DNA of 64,000 nucleotides from Octopus sinensis (Eukaryota), in contig NC_043014.1 in NCBI RefSeq assembly GCF_006345805.1, forward strand, positions 2,604,001 to 2,668,000, written 5' to 3'. The notes beneath the pieces are model-generated. The model was given only the letters and a program-made list of their open reading frames with translations, was not told where the DNA came from and did not search any database. This document shows positions 26,203 through 38,950 of the stretch, piece after piece. Each line of letters starts with the position of its first letter. Position 1 is the first letter of the stretch. The position numbers and the translations under genes were made by a program.

Positions 26203-27417
26203 TCTTCAAATAATAACGATTTGCAATCAAAGGTGAAAAAGGAAGGTGAGTAGGGAAACACAAAAAGTTCCAATTTGGTTACTGAACAAAGAACGGTAAT
26301 TGGTGTTATCTAAAGAATTCTTTAACTACTAACACTATGGTAACAACAACAACAACTACGATTGCTATTGCTACCACTATTACTATTTAAACCAGTAACA
26401 GCATAAACAACAACATCAATTGCAACACCAAAATAACAAAAAACAAAATAAAACTAGCAATTATGTTTAGTACTCATTAATTAATGTAATGTTCGTTAAT
26501 ATTTCAGTCTTGAAACCATGCCTCAAACCTTTAACATTGGATTAATTAAATTATTTTTTAATAAAAGATTTGTAACTGAATAAGATTTTAGTGTCAGCAC
26601 AACCACTTCTTGTTGTCATTGTTGTTGTTCTTGAAGGCGGCGAGCTGGCAGAATCGTCAGCACCGGGCGAAATGCTTAGCGGTATTTCGTCTACCGTTAC
26701 ATTCTGAGTTCAAATTCCGCCGAGGTCGACTTTGCCTTTCGTCCTTTCGGGGTCGATAAATTAAGTACCAGTTACGCACTGGGGTCGATATAATTGCCTT
26801 AATCCGTCTGTCTGTCCTTGTTTGTTCCCTATGTTTAGCCCCTTGTGGGTAGTAAAGAAATAGGTATTTCATCTGCCAAGGTCAACTTTGCCTTTCATTC
26901 TTACAGGGTCGATAAATTAAGTACCAGTTGTGTACTGGGGTAGATGTAAACGACTATCCCCCTCCCCCAAATTTCAGGCTTTCTGCCTAGAATAGAAAGG
27001 ATTATTGTTGTTCTTGTCACCATCAAGGTTTCATTACTTTTCTAGACATTGCTGTAGTTGTACCAAAGGTTGCACCATTGTAGAGATGGTATGTACAACA
27101 ACCATACAGGGTGCGTGTGAAATCTTGTGCCCTAGTGGTTAAGCTGTCACACTCATTATTGCAAGGGCATAGTTTCAATTCCCAAGTGAAGCAATGCGTT
27201 GCATTCTTGAACAAACCATTTCCTGTTGCTCCGTTATCACCTGGACACCTGACATTGCAGTACACTGAACACCTGTACAGGTAACATCAGTTTAACAGAT
27301 GGAGTGATGTAATACTCAGCACAAAGATCTCATCACTAGAAACAAAACCATCTGAGCAGGTTGTTCAACAAGGTTGTGGAACTTTCATCTGTTGTCTACA
27401 AGAGGTGACTCCACTTA

Positions 27418-27475
<58 letters not shown>

Positions 27476-27581
27476 TACACGAACAAGGTGGAAACAAAAT
27501 AGTACTTGAATACTGGAGGTAGAGTAATATGCTTTTTTTTCTTTTATTGAAGCTGCAAGAATATAAAAAAAACCTGATCAC

Positions 27582-27621
27582 AACTGCCTGAAGAACAGGA
27601 AAGTGAAACTGAGTAGCAGTT
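27582..27621 (+). ncRNA. Minimal type-I hammerhead ribozyme motif
   Basis: aactgc-CTGAAGA-ac aggaaa gt-GAAA-ctgag-TA-gcagtt. 6-bp stem I and canonical core. Upstream flank (aacaaggtggaaa...gtagagtaatatgcttt) is homologous to 23595-23650. Confidence 0.72.
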
Positions 27622-27949
27622 TTTTGGTGATGTTCTTCCAGCTTTAATAATACACACGCATATAAAATCATCATCATCATTTAATGTCTCTTTTCCATGC
27701 TGACATGGGTTGGATGGTTTGACTGAGGTCTGGAGAACCAGCAGCTGCACCAGTCTCCAATCTGATCTGGCAATGTTTCTACAGCTGGATGCCCTTCCTA
27801 ATGCCAACCACTCAAGAGTGAAGGGGTGCATTTTACATGCCACCGGCATGGGAGCCAGTCAGGGGACACTGGCATCGATCACATTCAGATGGTGCCTTTT
27901 ATGTGCCCGGCACAGAAACCAGTCAGGTAGACTTGGCATATATATAATA

Positions 27950-28017
<68 letters not shown>

Positions 28018-28019
28018 CA

Positions 28020-28450
28020 ATATTGGCCAGACTGTCAGATGCTGTTATACACCAATGGTCACAAAGCACTTTCAATTCTGTCTTGATTATGCCATTCTTT
28101 TCCATCTTGAGCCAAATTGCTTGACCACCTTCTTGATGGCCTTTTCCAATCTTTTGGACACCACTTGGCAAATGCAGGGGTTCACCTTTTGTCTGTGGAC
28201 CTTGTGACATGCCTGACCTTGTACTTTCGGCACTCTGTAATCATATTCACTCCACTCCATTCTTGTAGCAGCCCATGTCTCCTTGTGTAGAAGGATACAG
28301 GTAGGACAACGCTATTGAAGAGTCTGGCATGTCTGGCATTGTCTGGCATTGTCTAGCTTTTTTTGGAGCGCATCCGTTATTAAGTCAAATACCTGCCATG
28401 CTGCCCTATTCGTCTTTGAGATTTCAGCACATATTCATACATAGCTGACT
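28020..28450 (-). mobile_element. RTE-clade LINE 3' fragment
   Basis: Degenerate EISKTNRAAWQVF, ARLFNSVVLPV and a GHVTR...KRPSRRW-like segment. Confidence 0.6.
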
Positions 28451-29574
28451 ACAAGACATAGTAAGTGAGAGTATACCACAGTTGGTCATAATAGAACATG
28501 GAAGGTCATAGCAGGATATGACTGATCTCAGGACACAGATCAGAGTAAATTATAGTTTGTCATACTTGAACAAAGACAGTCAAAGCAGGAGATGGTTGGT
28601 CATAGGACATAGATCGCAGTAGACTATAGTTGGTAATAGTAGGACATGGATGGTTATAGCAGGATATAACTGATCTCAAGACACAGATTATAGTAAAATT
28701 TAGGTCATAGGAGAACATGGTTGGCCATAGTAAAGAAAGAAGGATTAAAGATAGGGAGTCATCAAAGGCAGAGTTATTTCACTGGAAAGGACAAAGGTTG
28801 CTTCAACAAAAACCAAGAAGTAGTTATAGTTAGGGTCATCATCATCGTTACCATCATTATTAATGATCAGTTATCCAGTCATTCAACAAACTCTTTCCAT
28901 CGTTAATACCATCACCACCACCACCACCACCAATGTCTCCACCCACCCCTCGTTCCTCAATAATCCCTTTCACCACTTATTTCTCCTAATCCTCAGCCAC
29001 CCACATCACCCATAAATATTCTTTTCTATTCTAGGCACAAGACCCAAAATTTTGGGGGAGGAGGCCAGTTGACTAGATTGACCCCAGTACGCAACTGGTA
29101 CTTAATTTATTGACCCTTAAAAGGATGAAAGGCAAAGTTGACCTCAGTGGAATTTGAACTCAGAACGTAAAGACAGATGAAATACCGCTAAGCATTTCGC
29201 CCAGCATGCTAACGTTTCTGCCACCTTATCTCTGTCATAAATATTGTCCTATCAATGAGGGATTTTCTACGAGGTCACTCGACCTGGTAGAAATAGCAGC
29301 CAAATTTTCCTCAAATCATATCCTACAGCTTTAAAAAAAAGAAGTACATACACCAACATGATAGAAAACAAGATTAGATGGTCACAGCTGGAGTGCCTTT
29401 GGTGATAGGCAGGCCTGGGGCTAAACACTAACGTAATTATTGTCATTGTCATCACCAGCCATGGAATTTATCATTATTCTTCTCCTCCTCCTCCTCACCT
29501 CCTGCTCCCAAGAATTCATCATCATCATTCACAATCCATCTCTTTCTATCTCCAAAAGGCCAGCCAGCCAGCCA

Positions 29575-29641
<67 letters not shown>

Positions 29642-32600
29642 CAGAGATGTGGCAACATCCAGCTTCTATAATTCTTAATCTTTTAGTTTCAGCTATTGTA
29701 CTGTGGCCATACTGGAGTACTCAAAGAAATCAACCCCAGTACTTTTTCTTTTTGCCTAACCAATAAGCTATGGGGATGTAAACAAACCAGTACCAACTGT
29801 CAAATGGTGTTGTGGGCACCCACACAGTGTCATCATAACTGTCACCATCACCATCATCATTAACATCCACACACCATGCTGGCATGGGTCGGATGGTTTG
29901 AGAGGATCCAGTAGGTTTAAGGACTGCTTTGTGCCCCAGTGTCCACTTCGGCATGGTCCTTATGGCTGGACGCTCTTCTTAACACCAGCCACTTTGCAGT
30001 GCGTAACTTGGTGCTTTTTTTCGATGCTACCAGCAATAGTGAACCTACTAGGCCAGCTTGCAAGACTATGGACCCGAAGAGAGGCAGCTTTAGGCTGGAA
30101 GCTGAAGAGTTAAGGGATGAAAAGAAGGGCCAGAGCAGAACGGATTTCTTACTCTCAAAGCCCAAAGCTATAACAGAAGACAACACCTGTGCGAAGTGCC
30201 ACGCAGAAGGACTGAATCAGAATCCATGTGACTGCATAGCTAACTTCTAAACCACACAGCAACACCTGTAAACTAATACGATATGCTTTTCCAATAAATC
30301 CTTACTAAGAAAGGATTTAGACAGGTAAATGTTACAAGATTAATGGAGAGTAAATGACGATGGGATTAATGTATAAAAGTGCAGGATTAACATTGACCCA
30401 AACACTTGTTCGTCAGGTCACGTTGGAGTGTGTTAATTAAGATTACCTCCAGCCCAACCAAATACCTTCAGCCTTCTCGTGACCAGATTTCTAAAGCAAT
30501 TTCATAGTTTTAGGTTTTGGCTGATCATGGAAATGATAAAGAATTTGCAGGAACTTTGTACAATAATTAATTTTTTAATTAATTACCATATTTTTGTTGA
30601 AATACATTCTCTTTGTTTTAATTAATTTAGTAAAATAACTCATTATTAAGTTGGTGTTTCGAATATAAAAGTGAATTTTGATGGAAAGTTTTAATTTAAA
30701 TCACTTAGAACAAGTTTGTATCATACAAGCAGGGGTGGTCACATGTGGGTTGGTATCGAAATGGTTAAACAAGGGTTTGGAGCATAACAAAAAAAGTTTT
30801 GTTGAATTATAATTAAATATTTAAAAAAAATTAAATAAAGTACTAATCAAATACATTCCGAGTTTAAATGCCACAAAGATCAACTTTGCCTTCCATCCCT
30901 TTGAGTTTGATAAAATACCAGTCATACATTGGGTTTAATGCAATCAACTAAATTCTTCCATCATCATCATCATTGTTTAATGTCTGCTTTCCATGCTGGC
31001 ATGGGTTGGACAGTTTGACTGAGGACTGGCAAACCAGGAGGTTGCACCAAGCTCCAATCTGATCTGGTGAGGTTTCCACAGATGGATGCCTTTCCTAATG
31101 CTAACTCCTCCAAAAGTGTAGTGGATGCTTTTTACGTGCCACCAGCACGGGAGCCAGTCGGGCGGACCTGGCATCGATCACATTCGGATGGTGCTTTTTA
31201 TGTGCCACCAGTACAGGAGCCTGTCAGGCGGGCCTGGCATCAATCATGTTCGGATGGTGCTTTTTATGTGCCACCAGTACAGGAGTCAGTCAGGCGGGCC
31301 TGGCATCGAATATGTTCAGATGGTGCTTTTTACAAGCCTTTGGCACGGGAGTCAGTCCAGCTGCCAAAATTTGGAACTATAATCATTTTGTCATTATTAA
31401 TAAGGTGACAAGCAGACTGAATCGTTAGACATTGGACAATTAGCGGCATCTCTTCTGGCCTGTTTATGCTCTGAGCTCAAATTCCGTCATGGTTGACTTT
31501 GCCTTTCATCCTTTTGGGGTTAATAAAATAAATACCAGTCAAACATTGGGGCAAATGTAATCAATAAGCATCTTTCCCTCTAAATTGCCGGCCTTGTGTC
31601 AAAATTAAAATGAACTACTATATTATTATTATTATTATCATCATTATTATTATTATCATCATTATTGTTATTATTATTATTATCATCATCATCATTATTA
31701 TCATTATTATTATTATTATTATCATCATCATTATTATTATTATTAGTATTCATTTGGCTGTTGTGCTTTGAGCTCAAATCCCTCCAAGAGTGACTACCTT
31801 TTATCCTTTTGGGGGTTGCTAAATGAAGCACCCCTTAAGCACTAGCAATAATACAACCAACTACCCGATTCTCCTAAAGTTTCAGGTCTTGCGCTCATAG
31901 TTGAAAGGATTATTGTTATTATTACGGTTAGCTGGCAGAATTGTTAGCATGCTGGGCAAAATGCTTATCAGCAGTTTGTCTCCACATTCTGAGTTCAAAT
32001 TCTGCCGAGGTCGACTTTGTCTTTCAACATTCTGGGGTCGATGAAGTAAGTACCAGTTAAGCACTGGGTCGATGAAATAAGTACCAGTTGAGTATGGGGG
32101 TCGATGTAATCGACTTAACCCCCTCCCCTCAAATTTCAGACCTTGTGCCTACAGTAGAAAGGATTATTATTATTATTTTCATTATTATTATTCAAATTCT
32201 TGCAGGTAAGTATAATAATTATGCAACAACGGAAAGGGTTACGGCTAAGTTTTTCAAAAGTATATTTCATACAATAAAAGGCAAAATAACAGAGGAGGTA
32301 AATTATGGAACAGAATAAAACAACTTCACAGACAACATGCTGTGTGCAAACAGGGGGTCGACATATAGGGGGGTGCACGAGTGTGTGACTGTGTGAGTGC
32401 ATGTCTGTCTGTGTGTGCCTAAACAAGGAGGGGGAAACGACGACGGATGAGGCGGGCAGGGTTAGTAATCACTGGCAGAGTTGTTAAAAGAAAGTTAAAA
32501 ACTTACCGATGGGGGGAAAAGTCCATGAAAAGTGGAGAGCATGAGGATTTTAGGATGACAAAAGAGAGAGAGAGAGAAATAGGAGAGTTGGTTCATAATG

Positions 32601-32849
32601 TGAGGAACAGAGGACTCAAACGCTTAGCAAATTACAGTATGGCAGCAGCAGTAGTAGTAGTAGTAGTAGTTGTAGTAGTAGACATACAAATGGATTGATA
32701 TTTCAGACTGATTGAGGTTTCTCTGAGTAATTCTTGAGCAGGAGTTTCGAAAATTTTTACACTAAACATTTGATACTTCCACTGAGGAACAGTGACTTTG
32801 TGTTGTTCTAGAACTTTCTAGAGACATTCCAACTGGATAGTCAACATTA

Positions 32850-33920
32850 GTTTCATTACAGTATAGAATTGTGGATCATAGTAAAACTTTGTAGGTCATG
32901 GGGCATCATAGCAGAGAATAGTATATCAGTCGGATCAAGTGGAGCATAGTTAATCGTAATAGGACACAGTTGATCATATATTATAGGATGTAGTTTATGA
33001 TGGTAGGAAGAGATAGTTTATCATAGATCATAGTTGAACACAGTAGGAGAATATTGTTTATCATAAGATATGATTAATCATATTAAAACATCATAGCTCA
33101 TAATAGAATGAGGTTGATAATAGCAAGTCATAGTGATCAAAATAGATCATAGTAGGATGTAGTTGATCATAATATTAATCCTAATTGGTCATAACAGTTG
33201 GACAGTTGTTCATAACATTAAGACATTGATCATTAAGGCAGAACACGTAATAGGACACACTGATCATTGTAGAACATAGGTGATTATAGTAGGACATAGC
33301 TGGTCATAGTAAGATATAATAGATCACAGCAGATAGTTGGTCATAGTTTGATCTCAATAGTTAAAGTTGATTATAGCTGAACATCAGACCAATCATAGTG
33401 ATGGCACATAATTGATCATAGTAGGATATAGTTAATCATAGCAGTAGAACATAGTTGACCATAATAGGACATTAAAAGTGGTCATTAAAAGATAGTTGAT
33501 CACAATAAGACATAACTAGCTGGTCATAGTAAGACATAATTGACCATAGTAGGTCATAGCTGATCACAGTTGATCATCGAAGATCACAGTTGATCATCGC
33601 AGGTCATAGCTGATCACAATTGAACATCATAGGTCACAGCTGATCACAATTGATCATCGTAGGTCATAGCTGATCACAGTTGATCATCGCAGGTCATAGC
33701 TGATCACAGTTGATCATCGCAGGTCATAGTTGATCATCGTGGGTCACAACTGATCACAGTTGATCATCGAAGGTCATATTTGATTACTATTGATATATAA
33801 TTACACAGTATATTACACCTGATTACAGAAGGACATATTTGACCATAGTTGATCACGGGACCTAACTGATCATCAATTGATCAAAGCACACAGTTGATTG
33901 TAGAATAGCAACTGATTATA
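32850..33920. repeat. Degenerate ~10-bp-period TGATCA satellite
   Basis: gttgatcata-like units, homogenised into 30-bp units (tgatcacagt tgatcatcgc aggtcatagc) at about 33545-33780. A related tract lies at about 28480-28730. Confidence 0.85.
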
Positions 33921-34114
33921 ATGGGACACAGACAATCAAAACTTCCTGTTTAAAATACATTCAAATAACAAAACTTATTCTACAAAAGATTACACACTGA
34001 TGATACATATATAAGGCCTTACTTTTGTAACATTACACGAAAAGCTCAATGAGAAATGATGACAAAAAAAAGGTTACAATAGAGAAAAACCCAAAATGAT
34101 GACGTTATACTTAC

Positions 34115-34160
34115 ATCTACTTTTTTACAGTCAGGGTCCCAGCCTAAGTGTTTAATATGT
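34115..34160 (-). CDS. WASL: WASP coding exon, second half of CRIB
   Basis: tttttctcgtcag|ACAT...GAT|gtaagt, 46 nt, phase 2-0. (R)HIKHLGWDPDCKKVD completes the CRIB H..H.GWDP motif. Confidence 0.92.
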
Positions 34161-34469
34161 CTGACGAGAAAAAGAAAGAGAAGAAAGGAAATTACATGTG
34201 GAAGCCATAAAAGATACAAACTTGGACAGCGTTCAATAGACACCCCTCTTCCTCCTCGTCTTCCAAAACCAAAAACCACCAGTGTCCCCATTGTGACTTC
34301 ATAACAAAATCCATCCCTGGGCTCAAATGCCATTCACACCTCCATCGCAAACAGACTCAGCTTCTTGGTGTTGTTATGTCTTCCTTTCTAACTTAAAGTC
34401 CTCTCCTTCAAACATTCATACGTCGAAACCAACGGCAGCAACCGTTATTATACTATATGGCAGCTGAGT

Positions 34470-35235
34470 TACCAGTGCCGGTGGCACGTAAGAGAACCAT
34501 CTGAACGTGGCCGTTGCCAGCCCCGCCCCCCACTGGCCTCGTGCCGGTGGCATGTAAGAGAACCATCTGAACGTGGCCGTTGCCAGCGCCGCCCCCACTG
34601 GCCTCGTGCTGGTGGCACGTAAGAGAACCATCTGAACGTGGCCGTTGCTAGCGCCGCCCCCACTGGCCTCGTGCCGGTGGCATGTAAGAGAACCATCTGA
34701 ACGTGGCCGTTGCCAGCGCCGCCCCCACTGGCCTCGTGCCGGTGGCATGTAAGAGAACCATCTGAACGTGGCCGTTGCCAGCGCTGCCCCCACTGGCCTC
34801 GTGCCAGTGGCACGTAAAAAGCACCATCCGTTCGTGGCCTTTGCCAGCCTCGCCTGGCCCCCGTGCCGGTGGCACATAAAAAGCACCATCCGATCGTGGC
34901 CGTTTGCCAGACTCGTCTGGTACCTGTGCCGGTGGCACGTAAAAAGCACCATCCGTTCGTGGCCTTTGCCAGCCTCGCCTGGCCCCCGTGCCGGTGGCAC
35001 ATAAAAAGCACCATCCAATCATGGCCGTTTGCCAGACTCGTCTGGTACCTGTGTCGGTGGCACGTAAAAAGTACCCACTACACTCATTGAGTGGTTGGCG
35101 TCAGGAAGGGCATCCAGCTGTAGAAACATTGCCAGATCAGACTGGGCCTGGTGCAGCCTTCTGGCTTCCCAGACCCCAGTTGAACCATCCAACCCATGCT
35201 AGCATGGAAAGCGGATGCAAAACGATGATGATGAT
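34470..35235 (+). mobile_element. (GAT)n-tailed SINE-like family C with an expanded internal ~62-bp tandem array
   Basis: Five near-identical gtgccggtggca.gtaagagaaccatctgaacgtggccg units plus variant units, then ggaagggcatccagctgtagaaac...acgatgatgatg. Other copies near 4219, 5190, 8785, 12770, 13118, 16905, 21622, 27668, 30960, 42785, 44402, 46995, 50458, 51260, 52470, 56164 and 63040. Confidence 0.82.
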
Positions 35236-35410
35236 TACTGCTACTGCTACAAGAGTTTGATTCCATCCAGGGTGCCTGCCTCCAAAAGTGAGACTCTGTG
35301 CCAATGTTGGTTAGTGATATGAAGAATAAGTCAGGCAACCAAAGATGATTGGTTTGCAAAAAGAAAAACAAGGAAAAAAAAAAGAATAAGAAAAAAATGC
35401 AAAATCTTAC

Positions 35411-35510
35411 CGGAAGTTGGTAGGTTGTCCAATGTCTTGTTTTGTTAGGCGGGACTTTTTCTTCTCTTTCTTTATTGTTGATTTCTTCAGCGTACCATGT
35501 TGCGTAGAGC
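35411..35510 (-). CDS. WASL: WASP coding exon, basic region and first half of CRIB
   Basis: cttccag|GCT...TTCCG|gtaaga, 100 nt, phase 1-2. (G)STQHGTLKKSTIKKEKKKSRLTKQDIGQPTNF(R): poly-Lys basic region plus the LTK.DIG.P.NF CRIB motif. Confidence 0.93.
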
Positions 35511-35788
35511 CTGGAAGATAATAAACAGACTATGTATGTGTGGTTAAGAACCTTGTTTTTGTGACTTTGTGGTTTCTGGTTCAGTTCCACCACGTGGCAC
35601 TTTGAGCAAGTGTCTTTTAACTATTGCTTCAGGCTGACCAATGCTTTGGAAGTGAATTTGATAGAAACTGTGTGGAAGCCCATCATGTGTTCACACACAC
35701 GACTGTGTCTGTTTGTCACCCCACTACCACCACTGCTTGAGAACCAGTGTTGGTTTGTTTATGTCCCTGTAACATAGCAGTTTGGCAA

Positions 35789-36178
35789 ATATATATAAAG
35801 CTGAAGTTGTCTTCAGTGTATGGCAGGTTTGGCAGCCTTCAATTAACACTATCTCCTCCGAGACCCTGTGGCGCAAGTTGACCAAAATTGAGATTATGAT
35901 AGAAGAAGGCTTGCTCTTCCTTCCGTATAAGAAAAAATTCAGATCAGACCATGTTAACACCAAAAATTATTTACATCAAAAAGGTGCTTTTTTTCTATGA
36001 AAATCTCTATTTTTTACGATTTTTTTACTGCTGTGTCAGCATTTTTCGGTGTATTTCAACCAGAGAAATGTTCACTTAAAGAGAATAACAAGCTACATAA
36101 AGCAAAATTTTTACTTTTCAAAAATTCCAGTTCTAAAGGGTCAAAACAAACCCAAGCAATGCCGGGTGATACTGCTAG
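35789..36178 (+). mobile_element. Non-autonomous Helitron inserted in a SINE
   Basis: TATATATAAAG 5' end; 3' end aaacccaagcaatgccgggtgatactgCTAG|T matches the 62104 element. Confidence 0.65.
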
Positions 36179-36469
36179 TTCCCATATAAACTTAATCGGG
36201 TGGAGTTAATTTTTTGTTTATTTTTGAAAGTTTGGAGATGGTTAGCCATGTGGGTCTTTATTTTTTTCCCAGAGCTTCAACTGTGCATCGATAGATAACA
36301 TTTCTTTTCTCACATGAATTCTTAAAATTAAAATTTATGTAATATATACGACAGGAGCAGACGAGCCAGAAGGCTCTGTCAAGTTGTATCTGTGTGTTTG
36401 TGAGAGAAAGAATGTATGTATGATGAGCCTAGATAACAAAAACATCTTGCTAAAAAAAAAGGCCCTTAC

Positions 36470-36574
36470 CTCCAGTATCCGGGGTTTTCTGTAAAGGTGC
36501 CTTATTCAAAGTGACGTTATTCTGGGTCATGTTGCCTTGCTGGTTCCGTTGAGCATTCTGCTGGTTCCTCCGTT
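36470..36574 (-). CDS. WASL: WASP coding exon, linker after WH1
   Basis: ttttctcgcag|AACGG...GGAG|gtaagg, 105 nt, phase 1-1. (E)RRNQQNAQRNQQGNMTQNNVTLNKAPLQKTPDTG keeps frame between the flanking exons; no conserved motif. Confidence 0.8.
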
Positions 36575-37373
36575 CTGCGAGAAAAGTAATAGAAGACAAG
36601 GATTTCAATAATGAACATTTGTAAGCCATATCTATGTATTTCACTGACCAGTGGCTATTGCTTATGCTTATGTTACACAACCACAAGTCAACTTTTAACG
36701 TCCTTCTACTATGCTGGCACTGATTGGTCAGTTTGACAAGATCCAGTTGGCTGGAAACTGTCATGCTCCAATGCCTGCATTATATCTATCATCATCATCA
36801 TCCATATGTAACATATGCCCTCCTTATGCCTATTCACCTTCTCCTTGACTTACAACCAAGTTCCGTTCCGACTGACTGGTCAGAAGCTGATCTGGTTGTA
36901 TGTCAGATTTATATTTTTCAAACCATTTTCATTCAAATGGGTTGTAAAAATATAAAACAAAAATCTAATCCATAATTTTTGTACCTAACGTGAAAAATAC
37001 ATAATATGCATTCTGTTGTAATGTAAACAAAAATTAACGAAAAAATTAATACAAATGAAATTCCGCCGCATATATTCAAAAATATTAAAAAATTGTTTCT
37101 GTGCAAAAAGTGGAATTGAAAATAAATTTTTAATCTTCAGTCATGTTCTTGGGATGAGGTAAATGGATTTTCGAGAAACATTGTGAACTTTGAACAGATT
37201 TTTTTGTCATATATCTTATGATAAGAACGAACAGACTCTTGAATGATACGTTCAGACTTTGCAAAACGTTAGACTTTTTGCGGTCGTAAATGCGGAGGGC
37301 CATAAGTCGAGAAGGTGTATACAAATGCTTTCCTTATGCCTATATGACATCTTGTATCTACATAAGTGAGAGC

Positions 37374-37414
<41 letters not shown>

Positions 37415-37415
<1 letters not shown>

Positions 37416-37672
37416 CTATAATACAAATAAGAATATGGAGAAACAAATTTGGTTTGTTCATCAACTTACGGATATTAGAATGCTGGATTATTTAGTCATT
37501 TTATAAAATGAGAACATCAAAAGCATACAAAAATATTATATTGATTTATATAATATTTTTGTATGCTTTTGATGTTCCCATTTTGTTAAATGAATAAATA
37601 ATCCAATATTCTAATATCCGAAAGTTGATGAACAAACTAAACTTGTTTCTCCATTTTCTTCTTTGTATTATA
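37415..37672. repeat. ~260-bp imperfect palindrome (fold-back)
   Basis: Arms of about 125 bp, ataatacaaa...aaaaatattata / tataatatttt...tttgtattat, centred near 37545. Confidence 0.85.
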
Positions 37673-37857
37673 AATTTACGGTAAAAATATTTCTTTACCT
37701 TCACCCGTTTAATACAATAAATGAGTTAATTGCTTTGCAATTATAAACATTTATGTATTAAGAATTTGGGTACTTTACCAACAGTATATTGGATAAATGA
37801 TATCCCATAGTGGGTTACACCCATAACCCCTATCTTACTTTGTAGTATATATATATA

Positions 37858-38156
37858 TCACGTGACTGACCAGTCCATCAGATGTAGTTACACATCGCTG
37901 GTCACAATGCGTTCGCATTGTTTTAGCCTTCGAATGACGCCACTCCGCTGGCTAAGCGAGCAGGCCAACAGAAGAAAGAGTGAGAGAAAGTTGTGGCGAA
38001 AGAGTACAGCAGGGTTCGCCACCACCCCCTGCCGGAGCGTCATGGAGCTTTTAGGTGTTTTCGCTCAATAAACACTCACAACGCCTGGTCTGGGAATCGA
38101 AACCGCGATCCTGTGACCGCGAGTCTGCTGCCCTAACCACTGGGCCATTGCGCCTC

Positions 38157-38158
<2 letters not shown>
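37858..38158 (-). mobile_element. tRNA-derived SINE family D, apparently full length
   Basis: Head ggaggcgcaaTGGCCCAGTGGttagggcagc...GGTTTCGATTCCC with A and B boxes; 3' tail similar to the RTE fragment end at 28020-28070. Confidence 0.8.
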
Positions 38159-38194
<36 letters not shown>

Positions 38195-38850
38195 GTCATT
38201 CCACAAGTACTGTTTGAAAACTGATATCTGTCAGCTGGATAGCTTCAGTTGTTATTTTAAAGTGCCTGAATAACAACACCACATCTTACTGTGACCGTTT
38301 AGTATAGTCAGATAGTGATTTACATCATCACATTACAGTTACTACAATTCATACTGTAACCAGTTATTGGTTTGGCAGCCTCTCCTAAAGACAGACATTT
38401 TACGAATCCAGAAAATGCACTAAAACAGCAGAAACAATCCAAACTATTCGTGGTGTTTAGAAGAATTTGGGAAATGGATTTCACTGAATTTAACGCAAAA
38501 CATCTGTACAAGACTAGTCCTGATCTGCACTTCTCTACTCTCTTGTGAATGGATATCACCATTTATGGACAAATTAGTGACTAATGATGATTTAAGAGCA
38601 TGTTAAGTGATGCAGACAATGGTTTAATGAAGGTGAACTGGTCAAACTACAACCCAAAGGAGACCATCACCCAAGTGTTAGCACTAACAAGGTCACCAAG
38701 TATCTTGCAAGACAAAGCCCCTCCACCCTCTTCAACTGGGATGGGGGGTAGTATGGAAGGGGTGTGGTTTTGTGCCATTTGAGAGATTTAAAGAACAGAG
38801 AAGTGCGATGCGTTTCTGAGAGATATTCTTTGAATGATTTCCTCACTTAC

Positions 38851-38950
38851 CTTCCTTCTTCTTCTGCCTCTCCAGGATTTTACTACGGACGACCTGTACA
38901 AACTTGGCTGCTTCATCTTCATTGGCAAAGTTTATACCAGCCTGACAACA
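38851..38950 (-). CDS. WASL: WASP coding exon, WH1 C-terminus
   Basis: cttttccag|TGT...GAAG|gtaagt, 100 nt, phase 0-1. CCQAGINFANEDEAAKFVQVVRSKILERQKKKE carries the CQAG.NFA.E.EA..F motif. Confidence 0.95.

Noticed and set aside
30447-30490. Possible 44-nt minus-strand exon with ag/gtaatc boundaries
   Set aside because: Its length does not preserve frame between the phase-0 neighbours, and it contains no WASP motif.
34416-35022. 200-aa and 181-aa ORFs, and a possible alternative CRIB exon ending ...VGFD|gtatga at about 34421-34451
   Set aside because: The ORFs come from the 62-bp tandem repeat. The putative exon lacks a pyrimidine tract and the H..H.GW motif.
38085-38158. tRNA-like sequence (also the heads of SINE families A and B)
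   Set aside because: It continues directly into a SINE body and has no proper acceptor stem or oligo-T terminator, so it is a SINE head rather than a tRNA gene.
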